IMG/VR virus record: IMGVR_UViG_3300037308_000581
Span: 1-25,545 of that record
Strand: one strand, 5' to 3'
Source of the DNA: a virus
Taxonomy: Duplodnaviria > Caudoviricetes
DNA length: 25,545 nucleotides
How positions within the stretch are numbered: position 1 is the stretch's first letter; each line of letters begins with the position of its first letter. The notes under the pieces are model-generated. The model had not been told where the DNA came from and searched no databases. It worked only from the letters and a program-made list of their open reading frames with translations. Position numbers and translations under genes: made by a program. Below, piece after piece: positions 17,167 through 25,507 of this stretch.

Positions 17167-17603
17167 TAAAGATAACTTCCGCTGATATTATCTTTAGCGC
17201 TTGCATAAGGATAGCACAGAATTGGGTTTGTGAACGTTGCGGTGTTGCTGGTATTCAGCAATGCGCTCACATCGTGGGGCGGAGGAAGCAAGTACTCCGC
17301 CACCACCCAAGAAATACTCTTTGTTTGTGTCATGGGTGTCACGCCCATTTTACTGCTAACCCACTAGAGTTTTATCACTGGCTGGTGGAAAAGAGGGGCA
17401 AGGAAGAAATAGACGATCTTTACCGTATTGGTAAAGGGGTAATTAAGTATAAACCTGATATCAAAGATATCACCTATTGGTATAAGCAGGAATATAATAA
17501 CTTGTCTGATTTAAGAAATTACGGGGTAAAACAAGTTTTGGAAGTTGCGTGTTACCCGCTGGTGGTAAAAAGGATTGAAGAATGGCGAAGGACCCTACTT
17601 TAA
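17157..17603 (+). CDS. NinG/Rap-like HNH-fold recombination nuclease
   Basis: D..FS..IR, CERC, CAHIVGR, R....N...LCHGCH. Confidence 0.8.
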   Translation: MSLIKITSADIIFSACIRIAQNWVCERCGVAGIQQCAHIVGRRKQVLRHHPRNTLCLCHGCHAHFTANPLEFYHWLVEKRGKEEIDDLYRIGKGVIKYKPDIKDITYWYKQEYNNLSDLRNYGVKQVLEVACYPLVVKRIEEWRRTLL

Positions 17604-17695
17604 TCTACAACACTCCTGCTATTTGTGTAGACAAGCTTCTTGATTGGCTTGTTGACCGAATGGCTACACACAGAACAAAGGTATATTGGATATGA
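17582..17695 (+). CDS. small hypothetical protein (37 aa)
   Basis: MAKDPTLIYNTPAICVDKLLDWLVDRMATHRTKVYWI; ATGA overlap with the next ORF. Confidence 0.4.
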   Translation: MAKDPTLIYNTPAICVDKLLDWLVDRMATHRTKVYWI

Positions 17696-17862
17696 ACAAA
17701 CTAGATACGACAGCACTAATCCGTACAAAATGGCGGCATAAGTATAATCATCGTAATATTTTTACGATTTTTATAAGGAAAGAAGAATTCAATCTCGCTG
17801 AAGAGATCGAATTTTTCAAGAAACATGAGTTTGAATTTATTTCGATGGACACGAAGGAGTAG
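17692..17862 (+). CDS. small hypothetical protein (56 aa)
   Basis: MNKLDTTALIRTKWRHKYNHRN...; fills the gap on the coding strand. Confidence 0.5.
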   Translation: MNKLDTTALIRTKWRHKYNHRNIFTIFIRKEEFNLAEEIEFFKKHEFEFISMDTKE

Positions 17863-17930
17863 AGAAATGGTTAAGAAGGTTTCTGAGTTTTTTAAAACCC
17901 TTGAGTATTGCGGACCGTAGGAGATCGACA

Positions 17931-18320
17931 ATGGGCCTTGGGGTAGTCAATATTGACATTGGTAGCGCCCTTGAACGGGTGGTGGATGCCGCTACCCGAT
18001 GGATTCCTGACGCCAATGAGAAGTTAAAGGCACAGGAGGAGGTTAGGAAGCAGCTCCATGAAATCTCTATGGCTCAAATTCAAACAAATATTGAGCAAGC
18101 GAAAAGTACTAGCGTATTTGTTGCCGGGGCTCGCCCTTTTATTATGTGGGTTTGCGGTATTGCTCTTGCTTGGACTTTTATTCTTGCTCCTATTATCCGC
18201 TACATATATCCAAGCATTGATTTCCCTCCTCTCGAATACTCCGAGCTAAGCACAGTTTTGATGGCCTTACTAGGGCTTGGCGGGTTTAGGACAGTTGAGA
18301 AGATTAAGGGGGTGGCATGA
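17931..18320 (+). CDS. holin (GTA holin 3TM-like family)
   Basis: QIQTNIEQAKS.SVFVAGARPFIMWVCG and LLGLGGFRTVEKIKGVA; AGGAG SD before ATG 17931. Confidence 0.85.
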   Translation: MGLGVVNIDIGSALERVVDAATRWIPDANEKLKAQEEVRKQLHEISMAQIQTNIEQAKSTSVFVAGARPFIMWVCGIALAWTFILAPIIRYIYPSIDFPPLEYSELSTVLMALLGLGGFRTVEKIKGVA

Positions 18321-18907
18321 AAGAGCGCCGGAAGCGTGCTGCTCCCCTCCCGGTAATCGGGGTTAAAGCCGATTATGATGCGGGTATGTCTTATGAGCAA
18401 ATGGCGGTAAAGTACGGAGTGCCTATTGAGACAATTAGGCAATTCGTATACCGTCATAAATTTGAAAAACGATTTGTTGTAGGTGCTGTTTGGAAACAGG
18501 TATTTAAGAAAGAGAGATTTGGAGTGCGTACCGAGAATAATAGAGACTACATTCTTGATGCGGTAATGAAAGGAGTATCCCCTGAACGTGCTGCTATGTC
18601 CATGGGTATTCGTCCCCTGGAGTTGAAAATGTGGCGCAGAGAGGATATGCATTTTGATACGCTGCTTGATGCCGCCAGGGCGCATTATCTCGCGGAAGCG
18701 GAAAAAAGCATCGGTCTTGCGGTGCGGGAAGGTAACCCGCAGCTTGCTTTACAGTTGCTAGAGAAGCTGAAGGATACGAAAGACGATTATGGGGGCAAAC
18801 AACAACAAACAGCCCCCACTATTTCCTTTAACTTTGGGTGGTCCCGAGACAACGAGGACGTAGTAGACGTTACCCCAGAACTGCCCCTCTTGGAAGGAAA
18901 GGAATGA
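18317..18907 (+). CDS. terS: probable terminase small subunit (two HTH + oligomerisation helices)
   Basis: HTH GMSYEQMAVKYGVPIETIRQFV; second HTH GVSPERAAMSMGI..W...D..F; G...A..LLE helix; beta tail and acidic C-terminus. Confidence 0.65.
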   Translation: MKERRKRAAPLPVIGVKADYDAGMSYEQMAVKYGVPIETIRQFVYRHKFEKRFVVGAVWKQVFKKERFGVRTENNRDYILDAVMKGVSPERAAMSMGIRPLELKMWRREDMHFDTLLDAARAHYLAEAEKSIGLAVREGNPQLALQLLEKLKDTKDDYGGKQQQTAPTISFNFGWSRDNEDVVDVTPELPLLEGKE

Positions 18908-18913
18908 ACAACA

Positions 18914-20818
18914 GTGGTAGTAGTTTGCGACTTCGAAACATATTCCGATCTAGATTTACCTACTGTCGGGTCTGATAGGTATTCCAGTCACATATCTACC
19001 GATATAGCTCTGTTTTGTTGGACTTCTGATGGGGTTATATTCAATCTTTGGGTTCCTGATAAGTTTGTTAAGCTAATCCCAAAGTCTGAAACAATTCGCC
19101 CGGTGTCTTGTATACCGGATGATGATATTCATGCGTTTTCCTCTCAGTTTGATGAACGGATTTGGAATCGGGTGGCGGTTCCGAAATATGGTTTTCCTAA
19201 GCTGAAGAAACCAATGCAGTGCCTTTCTGCCCGGTGCTTTCATGCCGGCTTTCCTGGCTCTTTGGCGGAAGCAGCTAAGATTATTTCCCCTTATCAAAAG
19301 GGGAAATCTGTCAAATATCTATTCAACACCCTGAATAAGAAGGGGACGTTGCCCCCTGATAAGTTTGAAATCTTGATAAACTATTGCAAACGGGATGTTC
19401 TTGCTTCTTGGCATTTGCATTTAAAACTTCCTTTGCTCTGCGATTATGAGCAAAAAGTCTTTGCGCTTGATCGCAAGATTAATGCTAGGGGTTTGCCTAT
19501 TGACGTAGAGCGGGTTGTAAAAGCTCGAAAACTGGTTGATGTGGCAACTGCGGATATCAATGATCGTGCTAAGAGATTAACCGGTGGGATAGTTGAGAAC
19601 ATTACAGAAGTCGCGAAGATTAAGGAGTTTTGCAAGCAGGAAGGTGCATCCGTCCTGTCAATTGATAAACGTACAATCGAGCACGAAATAAAGCGTGCGG
19701 ATATCTCTGCCTCTGTTAAGGAGGTTCTTGCCCTTAGGCAAGATGGCGGGAAATCCAGTCTTGCCAAGCTGGATGCTATGCTTGCTGCGGTTGATGAACA
19801 TGGGCGTATTCATCAGCACTTGCAGTACCATGGTACCCATACTGGCAGGTGGGCAGGCAGGATTATTCAGCCACAAAATTTCCCGCGCATAAAGCATATG
19901 ATCGACCCAAACGTATATGATCTATCGTTGCCCGCAGCATACAAGATTATTTGCAGTGTTGGAAAGCCGCTAACGGTTATTTCTTCCTCCTTGCGGAATT
20001 TTATTCGCCCTAAGCTGGATAAGGTACTTTTTGTTGCTGATTATGCTACCATCGAAGCACGCATTGTTTTTTGGCTCGCCAAGGAATTTGAAATCCTGGA
20101 AAAGGTGAAAACAGGTACCGATATTTATTGCTGGGCGGCGAGTGATTTCTATAAGCGGGAAATCACTAAGGAGAACGAGAAAGAACGCTTCCTATTCAAG
20201 TCTGCAATCTTGGGTTGTGGATATGGAATGGGGGCGGGAAGGTTCTCCGAGATGTTCGGGGTTTCCCTTGCCGAAGCGGAAGTTGCAATCAATTGGTACC
20301 GTAACCGCTTTGGGAACGTAAAAAAGCTATGGTATGCCCTTCAGGAGGGGGCTAAGAGGGCAATCCAGAACCCTGGAACGCGAGTTAGGGTGGGGCAGGT
20401 GGTTTTCTCCTGCGATCGTGAATATCTCATTCTCCGCCTTCCCTCGGGTCGGTGCTTGAGGTACTGGAACCCGAAGGTAACAGTAGTCGCGGAGGACTGG
20501 CGCGATATAATCACCTATGAAGGAAACAAGGCATTTAACGGGGCAAAGGTGTGGGGTGCTATTCGAATTTGGGGAGGTACGTTTCTGGAAAACATTTCCC
20601 AAGCTATCGCAAGGGATATCACAGTTGAAGGCATTTTTAGGCTTGAAGACAACGATTTTCCTGTTATATTACAGGTCCACGATGAAATTGTTAGTGAAGT
20701 TCCAAGGGGGCGTGACCTAACCAAGTTTATCGAATTGTTAACCACCCCTGTTTCATGGGCTCCTGATTTGCCCTTGGCAGTAGAGGCGAAGGAGTTGGAG
20801 CATTATGTTAAGTTATAA
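18914..20818 (+). CDS. family A DNA polymerase with 3'-5' exonuclease domain
   Basis: ExoI CDFET, ExoIII YCKRDV, TGRWAG..QPQNFPR, motif A DYATIEAR, motif B R...KSAILG.GYG, motif C VHDE. Confidence 0.95.
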   Translation: MVVVCDFETYSDLDLPTVGSDRYSSHISTDIALFCWTSDGVIFNLWVPDKFVKLIPKSETIRPVSCIPDDDIHAFSSQFDERIWNRVAVPKYGFPKLKKPMQCLSARCFHAGFPGSLAEAAKIISPYQKGKSVKYLFNTLNKKGTLPPDKFEILINYCKRDVLASWHLHLKLPLLCDYEQKVFALDRKINARGLPIDVERVVKARKLVDVATADINDRAKRLTGGIVENITEVAKIKEFCKQEGASVLSIDKRTIEHEIKRADISASVKEVLALRQDGGKSSLAKLDAMLAAVDEHGRIHQHLQYHGTHTGRWAGRIIQPQNFPRIKHMIDPNVYDLSLPAAYKIICSVGKPLTVISSSLRNFIRPKLDKVLFVADYATIEARIVFWLAKEFEILEKVKTGTDIYCWAASDFYKREITKENEKERFLFKSAILGCGYGMGAGRFSEMFGVSLAEAEVAINWYRNRFGNVKKLWYALQEGAKRAIQNPGTRVRVGQVVFSCDREYLILRLPSGRCLRYWNPKVTVVAEDWRDIITYEGNKAFNGAKVWGAIRIWGGTFLENISQAIARDITVEGIFRLEDNDFPVILQVHDEIVSEVPRGRDLTKFIELLTTPVSWAPDLPLAVEAKELEHYVKL

Positions 20819-21620
20819 GGATGCTCCCTATTCCTTAGAAAACGGGTATCTAAATTGGGTATTTAGACTTACGGGCGCTGGGTATGCAGTTTTTCCCATT
20901 AAAGGGAAAATTCCGTACCCCGGTTCTCATGGACATAAGGATGCAACTACAGATTACAAAGTATTCCGTAATCTCTTAAACGTGCACAATAACTGTGAGC
21001 CGAGCAATATTGCTGTCGCTACGGGGCAAGTAAGCCAGCTTACTGCCTTGGATATTGATAGTGAAGAAGCGCTTCAAAAACTTCAATCTGTGGGGCTATG
21101 TAAATTAGAACCACCTAATATTGTTCAAAAGAGTGGTCGTAAGGAAGGTGGATATCATTTTTTCTATAGGTATATTCCCCAATTGAAGACCACGACTAAT
21201 GCTCTCGTAAAGGTAGATGTTAGAAACGATAATTCGTCCATTACTATCATGCCTTCGGTGCATAGTTCCGGTAACCCGTATAAGATCATTGTTGGGGATG
21301 AAGCATTCCTTAACCGACAATTACCACCTATGCCAAAGCAACTTCTTGCCCTATTACTTCCAAGAGCCTCGTTTTCATCTAAAAAAAAAGAGCCGGGAGC
21401 TTACTCGCGCTTTACGATAGGCGATATTGAAGTGGGAGAGCGAAATTCGGCCTTTACAAGTCTCGCTGGGTTCCTATATAAAAATTTGAGAGGAGAAAAC
21501 GATCTTATCGAATTTATGGTATCGCAATGCAACGAGCAATTGCAATACCCCCTTAAGAGAGACGAGCTTGACAGAATACTAGAAAGTGTGAGAAAATATC
21601 ATGAAGAGCTTGACTTCTGA
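20805..21620 (+). CDS. bifunctional primase/polymerase (Prim-Pol) with PriCT-1 domain
   Basis: VFP...KIP....GHKDATTD, NIAVATG, LDID, GGYHFFY, DVR, PSVH.SG..Y; C-term GERN..FTSLAG...PL..DEL..I.ESV. Confidence 0.9.
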   Translation: MLSYKDAPYSLENGYLNWVFRLTGAGYAVFPIKGKIPYPGSHGHKDATTDYKVFRNLLNVHNNCEPSNIAVATGQVSQLTALDIDSEEALQKLQSVGLCKLEPPNIVQKSGRKEGGYHFFYRYIPQLKTTTNALVKVDVRNDNSSITIMPSVHSSGNPYKIIVGDEAFLNRQLPPMPKQLLALLLPRASFSSKKKEPGAYSRFTIGDIEVGERNSAFTSLAGFLYKNLRGENDLIEFMVSQCNEQLQYPLKRDELDRILESVRKYHEELDF

Positions 21621-21834
21621 TCGGACTGTGTGTAAAAAGGTCGTGTGTGACCATTGCAGGAGATGTAGGGTTATGAAGACCGCGGGTTTTAATGTTGAAG
21701 GATGCCCACATTGCAAGAAAACCTTGGATACTTATTTTCTTGGGTATCTAAAAGGATTTTTGTATCAGTGCAAAACTTGTGGTGGTACGTATACTCTTGA
21801 TACACCACCCGTATATAAGGCGGAAGAAGAATGA
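21601..21834 (+). CDS. zinc-finger protein
   Basis: CDHCRRC, CPHC, CKTC motifs in 77 aa. Confidence 0.65.
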   Translation: MKSLTSDRTVCKKVVCDHCRRCRVMKTAGFNVEGCPHCKKTLDTYFLGYLKGFLYQCKTCGGTYTLDTPPVYKAEEE

Positions 21835-22421
21835 AATACGTCCATGGTGAATTTCTCCTTAGGCAAAGTATTAGAGTTGAACGCTCTGGTGTTCATGCTC
21901 ATGTTACACCAGAGATTGAGCGCCTTATAACAGATGGAAATCATTTGGTCCCGTGGAAGCCGTTGTACGCGGGCGGGAAGTACTTTGTTTCCTCCTCTGT
22001 TCTTTTCCTCAAGGGAAAACGTCGCTATTACGACGTTCCTGTCTTAGGACCCGCAAGGAGCTATTCTCAACTTGAAATCCCCGCTTCGATGGCAAGAGAG
22101 ATTGGGGTTCCTGTGTTTTATACAATGTCGGGCAAGAATCTTAACGAGGCGCCGAAAATTAAAATCGGTACCAAATTCTCCCCCGTGGTGCACTTTGAAA
22201 TTCCGGTGATCTCGGTGCTCCCACACATACATGTTAAGAAGGACATCGGTGTTAAGCAGGTAAGGTTAATCGTGTTGAGCCCTAAAAAGATGACTCTGGT
22301 ATTACAAGTCTGTCCTGGTGAAGATATTGAGAATACTTGTATTCATCTTGATCCCGATGAATATGCCGCAATCGGGGTAGATGATAATAGTTTTGATGGG
22401 GTATTGGACTATGCGTGCTAA
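21831..22421 (+). CDS. pduL: PduL-like phosphotransacylase (phosphate propanoyltransferase family)
   Basis: Colinear PduL motifs: S..HAH, L...K.L...G.Y, V.VLGPAR..SQLEI, SG..L, VI....HIH, HLDPDE.AA.G. Confidence 0.8.
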   Translation: MKYVHGEFLLRQSIRVERSGVHAHVTPEIERLITDGNHLVPWKPLYAGGKYFVSSSVLFLKGKRRYYDVPVLGPARSYSQLEIPASMAREIGVPVFYTMSGKNLNEAPKIKIGTKFSPVVHFEIPVISVLPHIHVKKDIGVKQVRLIVLSPKKMTLVLQVCPGEDIENTCIHLDPDEYAAIGVDDNSFDGVLDYAC

Positions 22422-22611
22422 AGTATGTACTTTTGATAAGCGCTGGTACTTGTCTAAGATGGGTCGGGTACCGGAGTATGTAGAGTACGGAACGAAGAAA
22501 ATTCCTTCCTTTCCTCTCTGTGCTGCTAAAAATTTCATCACTCGTCATCGGAAAGGCTTGTTGATCATTCATCACCTGATTGAGGACACAGATGGCGAAG
22601 AAGAAATCTAA
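22411..22611 (+). CDS. hypothetical protein
   Basis: ATG 22411 overlapping the pduL-like gene end. Confidence 0.5.
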   Translation: MRAKVCTFDKRWYLSKMGRVPEYVEYGTKKIPSFPLCAAKNFITRHRKGLLIIHHLIEDTDGEEEI

Positions 22612-22801
22612 CCCTTTCGAAATAGAACAATGGGAGGGAGAGGTTTTCTCAGTTCATGGATTTACTCTGCGCTACTATGGGTATGATGTGGCAGAGCTAT
22701 ATAAAGATGGAGCACCTGCGTTTATTGAATTTCTTAAATGGGCAGAAAAAACTTATATCAGGAGAAAAGAGAATGAAACTACTAAAGCAACTCGTAAATG
22801 A
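22592..22801 (+). CDS. hypothetical protein
   Basis: GAGGA SD before ATG 22592. Confidence 0.55.
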   Translation: MAKKKSNPFEIEQWEGEVFSVHGFTLRYYGYDVAELYKDGAPAFIEFLKWAEKTYIRRKENETTKATRK

Positions 22802-22880
22802 TCCCGTAGTTATGCGCGGTCTTGCACTTTGGCTGTTTATTTTAATCTTGATTTTTGGTGGCACGCTATGCGGAAATTAG
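22773..22880 (+). CDS. 35-aa membrane micropeptide
   Basis: MKLLKQLVNDPVVMRGLALWLFILILIFGGTLCGN; AGGAG SD. Confidence 0.5.
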   Translation: MKLLKQLVNDPVVMRGLALWLFILILIFGGTLCGN

Positions 22881-23851
22881 TACTCATTTTTGGTTCTACG
22901 GGGCAGGATGGTTCTCTTCTGCTTAATGATATTGATGACCACCATTATTCTGTGCTCGCTGTTAAGCGCCCGACTTCGAACACTTGGCGCTGGAAGCATC
23001 TAAAAATTGACCCTTGTGTTGTGGTAGGGGACATTACAGACAATATCTTTGTAAATAATCTTATCGCGGATACAAAACCCGATTACATCTACAATCTTGC
23101 TGCCCATTCTTTTGTCGGTACCTCGTGGGATATGCCGCATGAAGTCATGGCGGTGAATGGTATCGGATTGGTGAATATCCTTTCCGCTGTTCTTCGGCAT
23201 TCACCTAACAGCCGAGTATTCCATGCCAGTACCTCGGAGATGTTCGGGAACGTTCTTGATCTTAACGATTTAATAGACGGCAGGAAGCTCACACTAGAAG
23301 ATCCTATGCACCCAGTTAGCCCATATGGTGCAGCAAAGTTGTATGCCCATCATATGTGTCAAATTTATCGTGATCGTGGCGTAAATGTTACAACTGCGGT
23401 GATGTTCAATCACGAATCTAAGTATCGCGGGGAAGAATTTGTAACGATGAAAATTGCCCGGCGAGTAAAAGGGGCGATGGATATATATCCCAGAAAGGCG
23501 TTTGTTCAGTTGGGAAATATGCAAGTTATGAGAGATTGGGGGCATGCTCAAGATTTTGTGGAAGCGATGCAGCAGGTAATTGGATCAAATAAGGATTGCC
23601 TGTTTGCGACAGGTAAAGCACACACTATTTCATATTTTGTTAAACAGTGTGCAATTCAGTACCGCGCTATAACGGGGCATGATGTACCCGATCCTGAAAC
23701 GTATGGTATGGCTGATGCTTATGTTCGGCCGTCTGAGTTGTATTACCTTCAGGGCGATCCTACTGATTTGACCGAGATTATTGAGCGCCCTCCGCTTGGG
23801 GTGGAAGCAATCGCCGCTGAGATGATGAGGTTTGTTATCAAAGGAGAATAG
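22868..23851 (+). CDS. gmd: GDP-mannose 4,6-dehydratase
   Basis: GSTGQDGS, YNLAAHSFV..SW, ASTSEMFG, SPYGAAKLY (YxxxK), FNHES..RG..FVT.KI, LGN....RDWGHA.D, RPSE...L.GD. Confidence 0.92.
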   Translation: MRKLVLIFGSTGQDGSLLLNDIDDHHYSVLAVKRPTSNTWRWKHLKIDPCVVVGDITDNIFVNNLIADTKPDYIYNLAAHSFVGTSWDMPHEVMAVNGIGLVNILSAVLRHSPNSRVFHASTSEMFGNVLDLNDLIDGRKLTLEDPMHPVSPYGAAKLYAHHMCQIYRDRGVNVTTAVMFNHESKYRGEEFVTMKIARRVKGAMDIYPRKAFVQLGNMQVMRDWGHAQDFVEAMQQVIGSNKDCLFATGKAHTISYFVKQCAIQYRAITGHDVPDPETYGMADAYVRPSELYYLQGDPTDLTEIIERPPLGVEAIAAEMMRFVIKGE

Positions 23852-23852
23852 C

Positions 23853-24401
23853 ATGATTCATACCGGGTTTTGGGATATTGAGACAACTGATCTCAAGGCG
23901 AATATGGGGCGTGTTCTTGTCTCCTGTGTAAAGGATATGATCTCGGGGCAAGTTATCTCCCTTCGGGCGGATTCCTATGAGTGGTTTGCCGATGACGTGA
24001 GCAACGACAAAGATTTGCTTATTGACATCGTGAAGGTCTTAGATAACGTTCGTTTCCTCGTTACGTGGAACGGCAAGCTCTTTGATAGGAAGTTTTTGAA
24101 TGCCCGGTGCATGGCGGCGGGGGTGGTTCCCCCTCGTCCTGTTTTCCATATCGACCTGTATCAGGTTTGGAAGACCCATTGCCGTTCCTATGGGTCTTTG
24201 GATGCGGTGCAACGTCTATTGAAAACCGAAACGCCTAAAACACCTTTGGATTGGCGCACTTGGCAGAATGCCGCCGCGCTGAAAAAAAATGCGCTTGATG
24301 ACGTTGAAACCCATTGCGTTGCCGACGTGGAAGCACTATCTGAAGTGTATCAAAGGATGTTGCATGCGGATTTGATCAAAACCTGTCCAAAGGGGTTCTA
24401 A
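23853..24401 (+). CDS. DEDD / RNase H-like 3'-5' exonuclease (YprB-like)
   Basis: WDIETT, TWNGKLFD, HIDLY, SLDAV, HCVADV; AAGGAG SD before ATG 23853. Confidence 0.85.
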   Translation: MIHTGFWDIETTDLKANMGRVLVSCVKDMISGQVISLRADSYEWFADDVSNDKDLLIDIVKVLDNVRFLVTWNGKLFDRKFLNARCMAAGVVPPRPVFHIDLYQVWKTHCRSYGSLDAVQRLLKTETPKTPLDWRTWQNAAALKKNALDDVETHCVADVEALSEVYQRMLHADLIKTCPKGF

Positions 24402-24402
24402 T

Positions 24403-24498
24403 ATGTGTGAAGCGTTGAACTTTATTGTGCTACTCTCTATCTACCTTGTTATCGTGGCAGTTGTATCGGAACTGGTTGTTTCTTTTATTGGAGTATGA
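24403..24498 (+). CDS. 31-aa membrane micropeptide
   Basis: MCEALNFIVLLSIYLVIVAVVSELVVSFIGV; ATGA overlap with the next ORF. Confidence 0.55.
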   Translation: MCEALNFIVLLSIYLVIVAVVSELVVSFIGV

Positions 24499-24638
24499 AA
24501 ATGATCGAGCTTGGTGCTGTTCTCTTTGTTTTTGGTTTTGTTCTCACTGGTGTTGCAACCATCGTAGCACCGGAATATACCCCCGCTTCAGAGGAAGAGG
24601 TAAAGCTTTCTCGGCAGGGGAAGTGGTTTAGCCTGTGA
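24495..24638 (+). CDS. 47-aa membrane micropeptide
   Basis: MKMIELGAVLFVFGFVLTGVATIVAPEYTPASEEEVKLSRQGKWFSL; GGAG SD; TGATG overlap with the next ORF. Confidence 0.6.
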   Translation: MKMIELGAVLFVFGFVLTGVATIVAPEYTPASEEEVKLSRQGKWFSL

Positions 24639-24724
24639 TGTTGTTTATCTGCATCTTTGTGGGGTTTATGGTTGTAGTACCTATTATGGGGTACATTGTC
24701 CGTAGACTCCCACATAATGATTAA
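24638..24724 (+). CDS. 28-aa membrane micropeptide
   Basis: MLFICIFVGFMVVVPIMGYIVRRLPHND. Confidence 0.55.
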   Translation: MLFICIFVGFMVVVPIMGYIVRRLPHND

Positions 24725-24735
24725 GGATTGTGAAA

Positions 24736-24846
24736 ATGCAGGCACTAAAAGAGGTTTTGTACTACCTCTGCGTTCTTATGGTAGTTCCGGTGATTATCAT
24801 GTTGCCAATCGGCATTTATGAATTGGTATCGGCGGTGCTGAAATAA
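24736..24846 (+). CDS. 36-aa membrane micropeptide
   Basis: MQALKEVLYYLCVLMVVPVIIMLPIGIYELVSAVLK; AAGGA SD; TAATG overlap with the next ORF. Confidence 0.6.
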   Translation: MQALKEVLYYLCVLMVVPVIIMLPIGIYELVSAVLK

Positions 24847-24929
24847 TGGGTGCAAAAGAGAATTATAAAACAAGGGCAACGTTAGTATTGTGGCAGATGG
24901 TTCTTTTTGACAACGAATTGCCGGAGTGA
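24846..24929 (+). CDS. 27-aa hypothetical peptide
   Basis: MGAKENYKTRATLVLWQMVLFDNELPE; coupled start. Confidence 0.35.
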   Translation: MGAKENYKTRATLVLWQMVLFDNELPE

Positions 24930-24932
24930 GAA

Positions 24933-25124
24933 ATGAGTACGGAACAATTGATTAGAAAGTATCAAGTTTGCGATACTTTGACCCCTGAAGAGCTAGCACA
25001 GATTGCGTTTACTACGCATACTGCTTGGGCTGCTCTCTCTTTGATCGGGGAGCCACAATATTCTTTGACCCGCACAGATCTATGGGTTACTTATCATAAT
25101 CTCTGGGACAGGCACGGGCTATGA
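24933..25124 (+). CDS. hypothetical protein
   Basis: 63 aa, GGAG SD, ATGA overlap with the next ORF. Confidence 0.6.
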   Translation: MSTEQLIRKYQVCDTLTPEELAQIAFTTHTAWAALSLIGEPQYSLTRTDLWVTYHNLWDRHGL

Positions 25125-25507
25125 CCCTGATCAACAAGTATTGCGAGACCCATAGGCTTCTCACCTTTTTGGATGACTATTTTGCCCCTAAAAGGTTGAA
25201 CTATGAGGTCATTGACAACGCCCTTAAAGAATGTGATTATAAACTCTTCGCAACAAGACAGGATGCCGTGGTTGCCTGTCTCGGGGCGAAAACAGAAGAT
25301 TTCGGAGGGATGATGGATACCACCGTTGTTGTCCATTATCTCTTCGCTCGAAATATCTTTACCGCTGTCCGATTGGTACACTCTCTCATGTGGGGGGTAC
25401 CAAAGGGCATTCCGATCCTGTTGGGTGGTCTTGTCCCTTCTGCCGTTGCTGAGTATTTCATCCGTTACGAGGGGCAAAAGTTTGTTACTAAGGTAGTGAA
25501 AATTTAA
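25121..25507 (+). CDS. hypothetical protein
   Basis: 128 aa, coupled start; no recognisable motif. Confidence 0.65.
   Translation: MTLINKYCETHRLLTFLDDYFAPKRLNYEVIDNALKECDYKLFATRQDAVVACLGAKTEDFGGMMDTTVVVHYLFARNIFTAVRLVHSLMWGVPKGIPILLGGLVPSAVAEYFIRYEGQKFVTKVVKI

Noticed and set aside
17157-17603. HNH-fold ORF as a mobile homing endonuclease
   Set aside because: Pattern and recombination-module context fit NinG/Rap; it interrupts no gene.
21381-21389. A9 run in the primase gene as a programmed frameshift or slippage site
   Set aside because: Reads in frame as Lys-Lys-Lys in the linker and the PriCT-1 domain follows in the same frame.
24425-24631. 68-aa Cys/Trp-rich ORF from the ORF track
   Set aside because: Non-ATG start; better explained as an off-frame reading of the coupled micropeptides 24403..24498 and 24495..24638.
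14283-25477. Minus-strand ORFs over the right arm (e.g. 15075..15470, 18200..18685, 25094..25477)
   Set aside because: Antisense to motif-bearing or tightly coupled plus-strand genes; no independent support.
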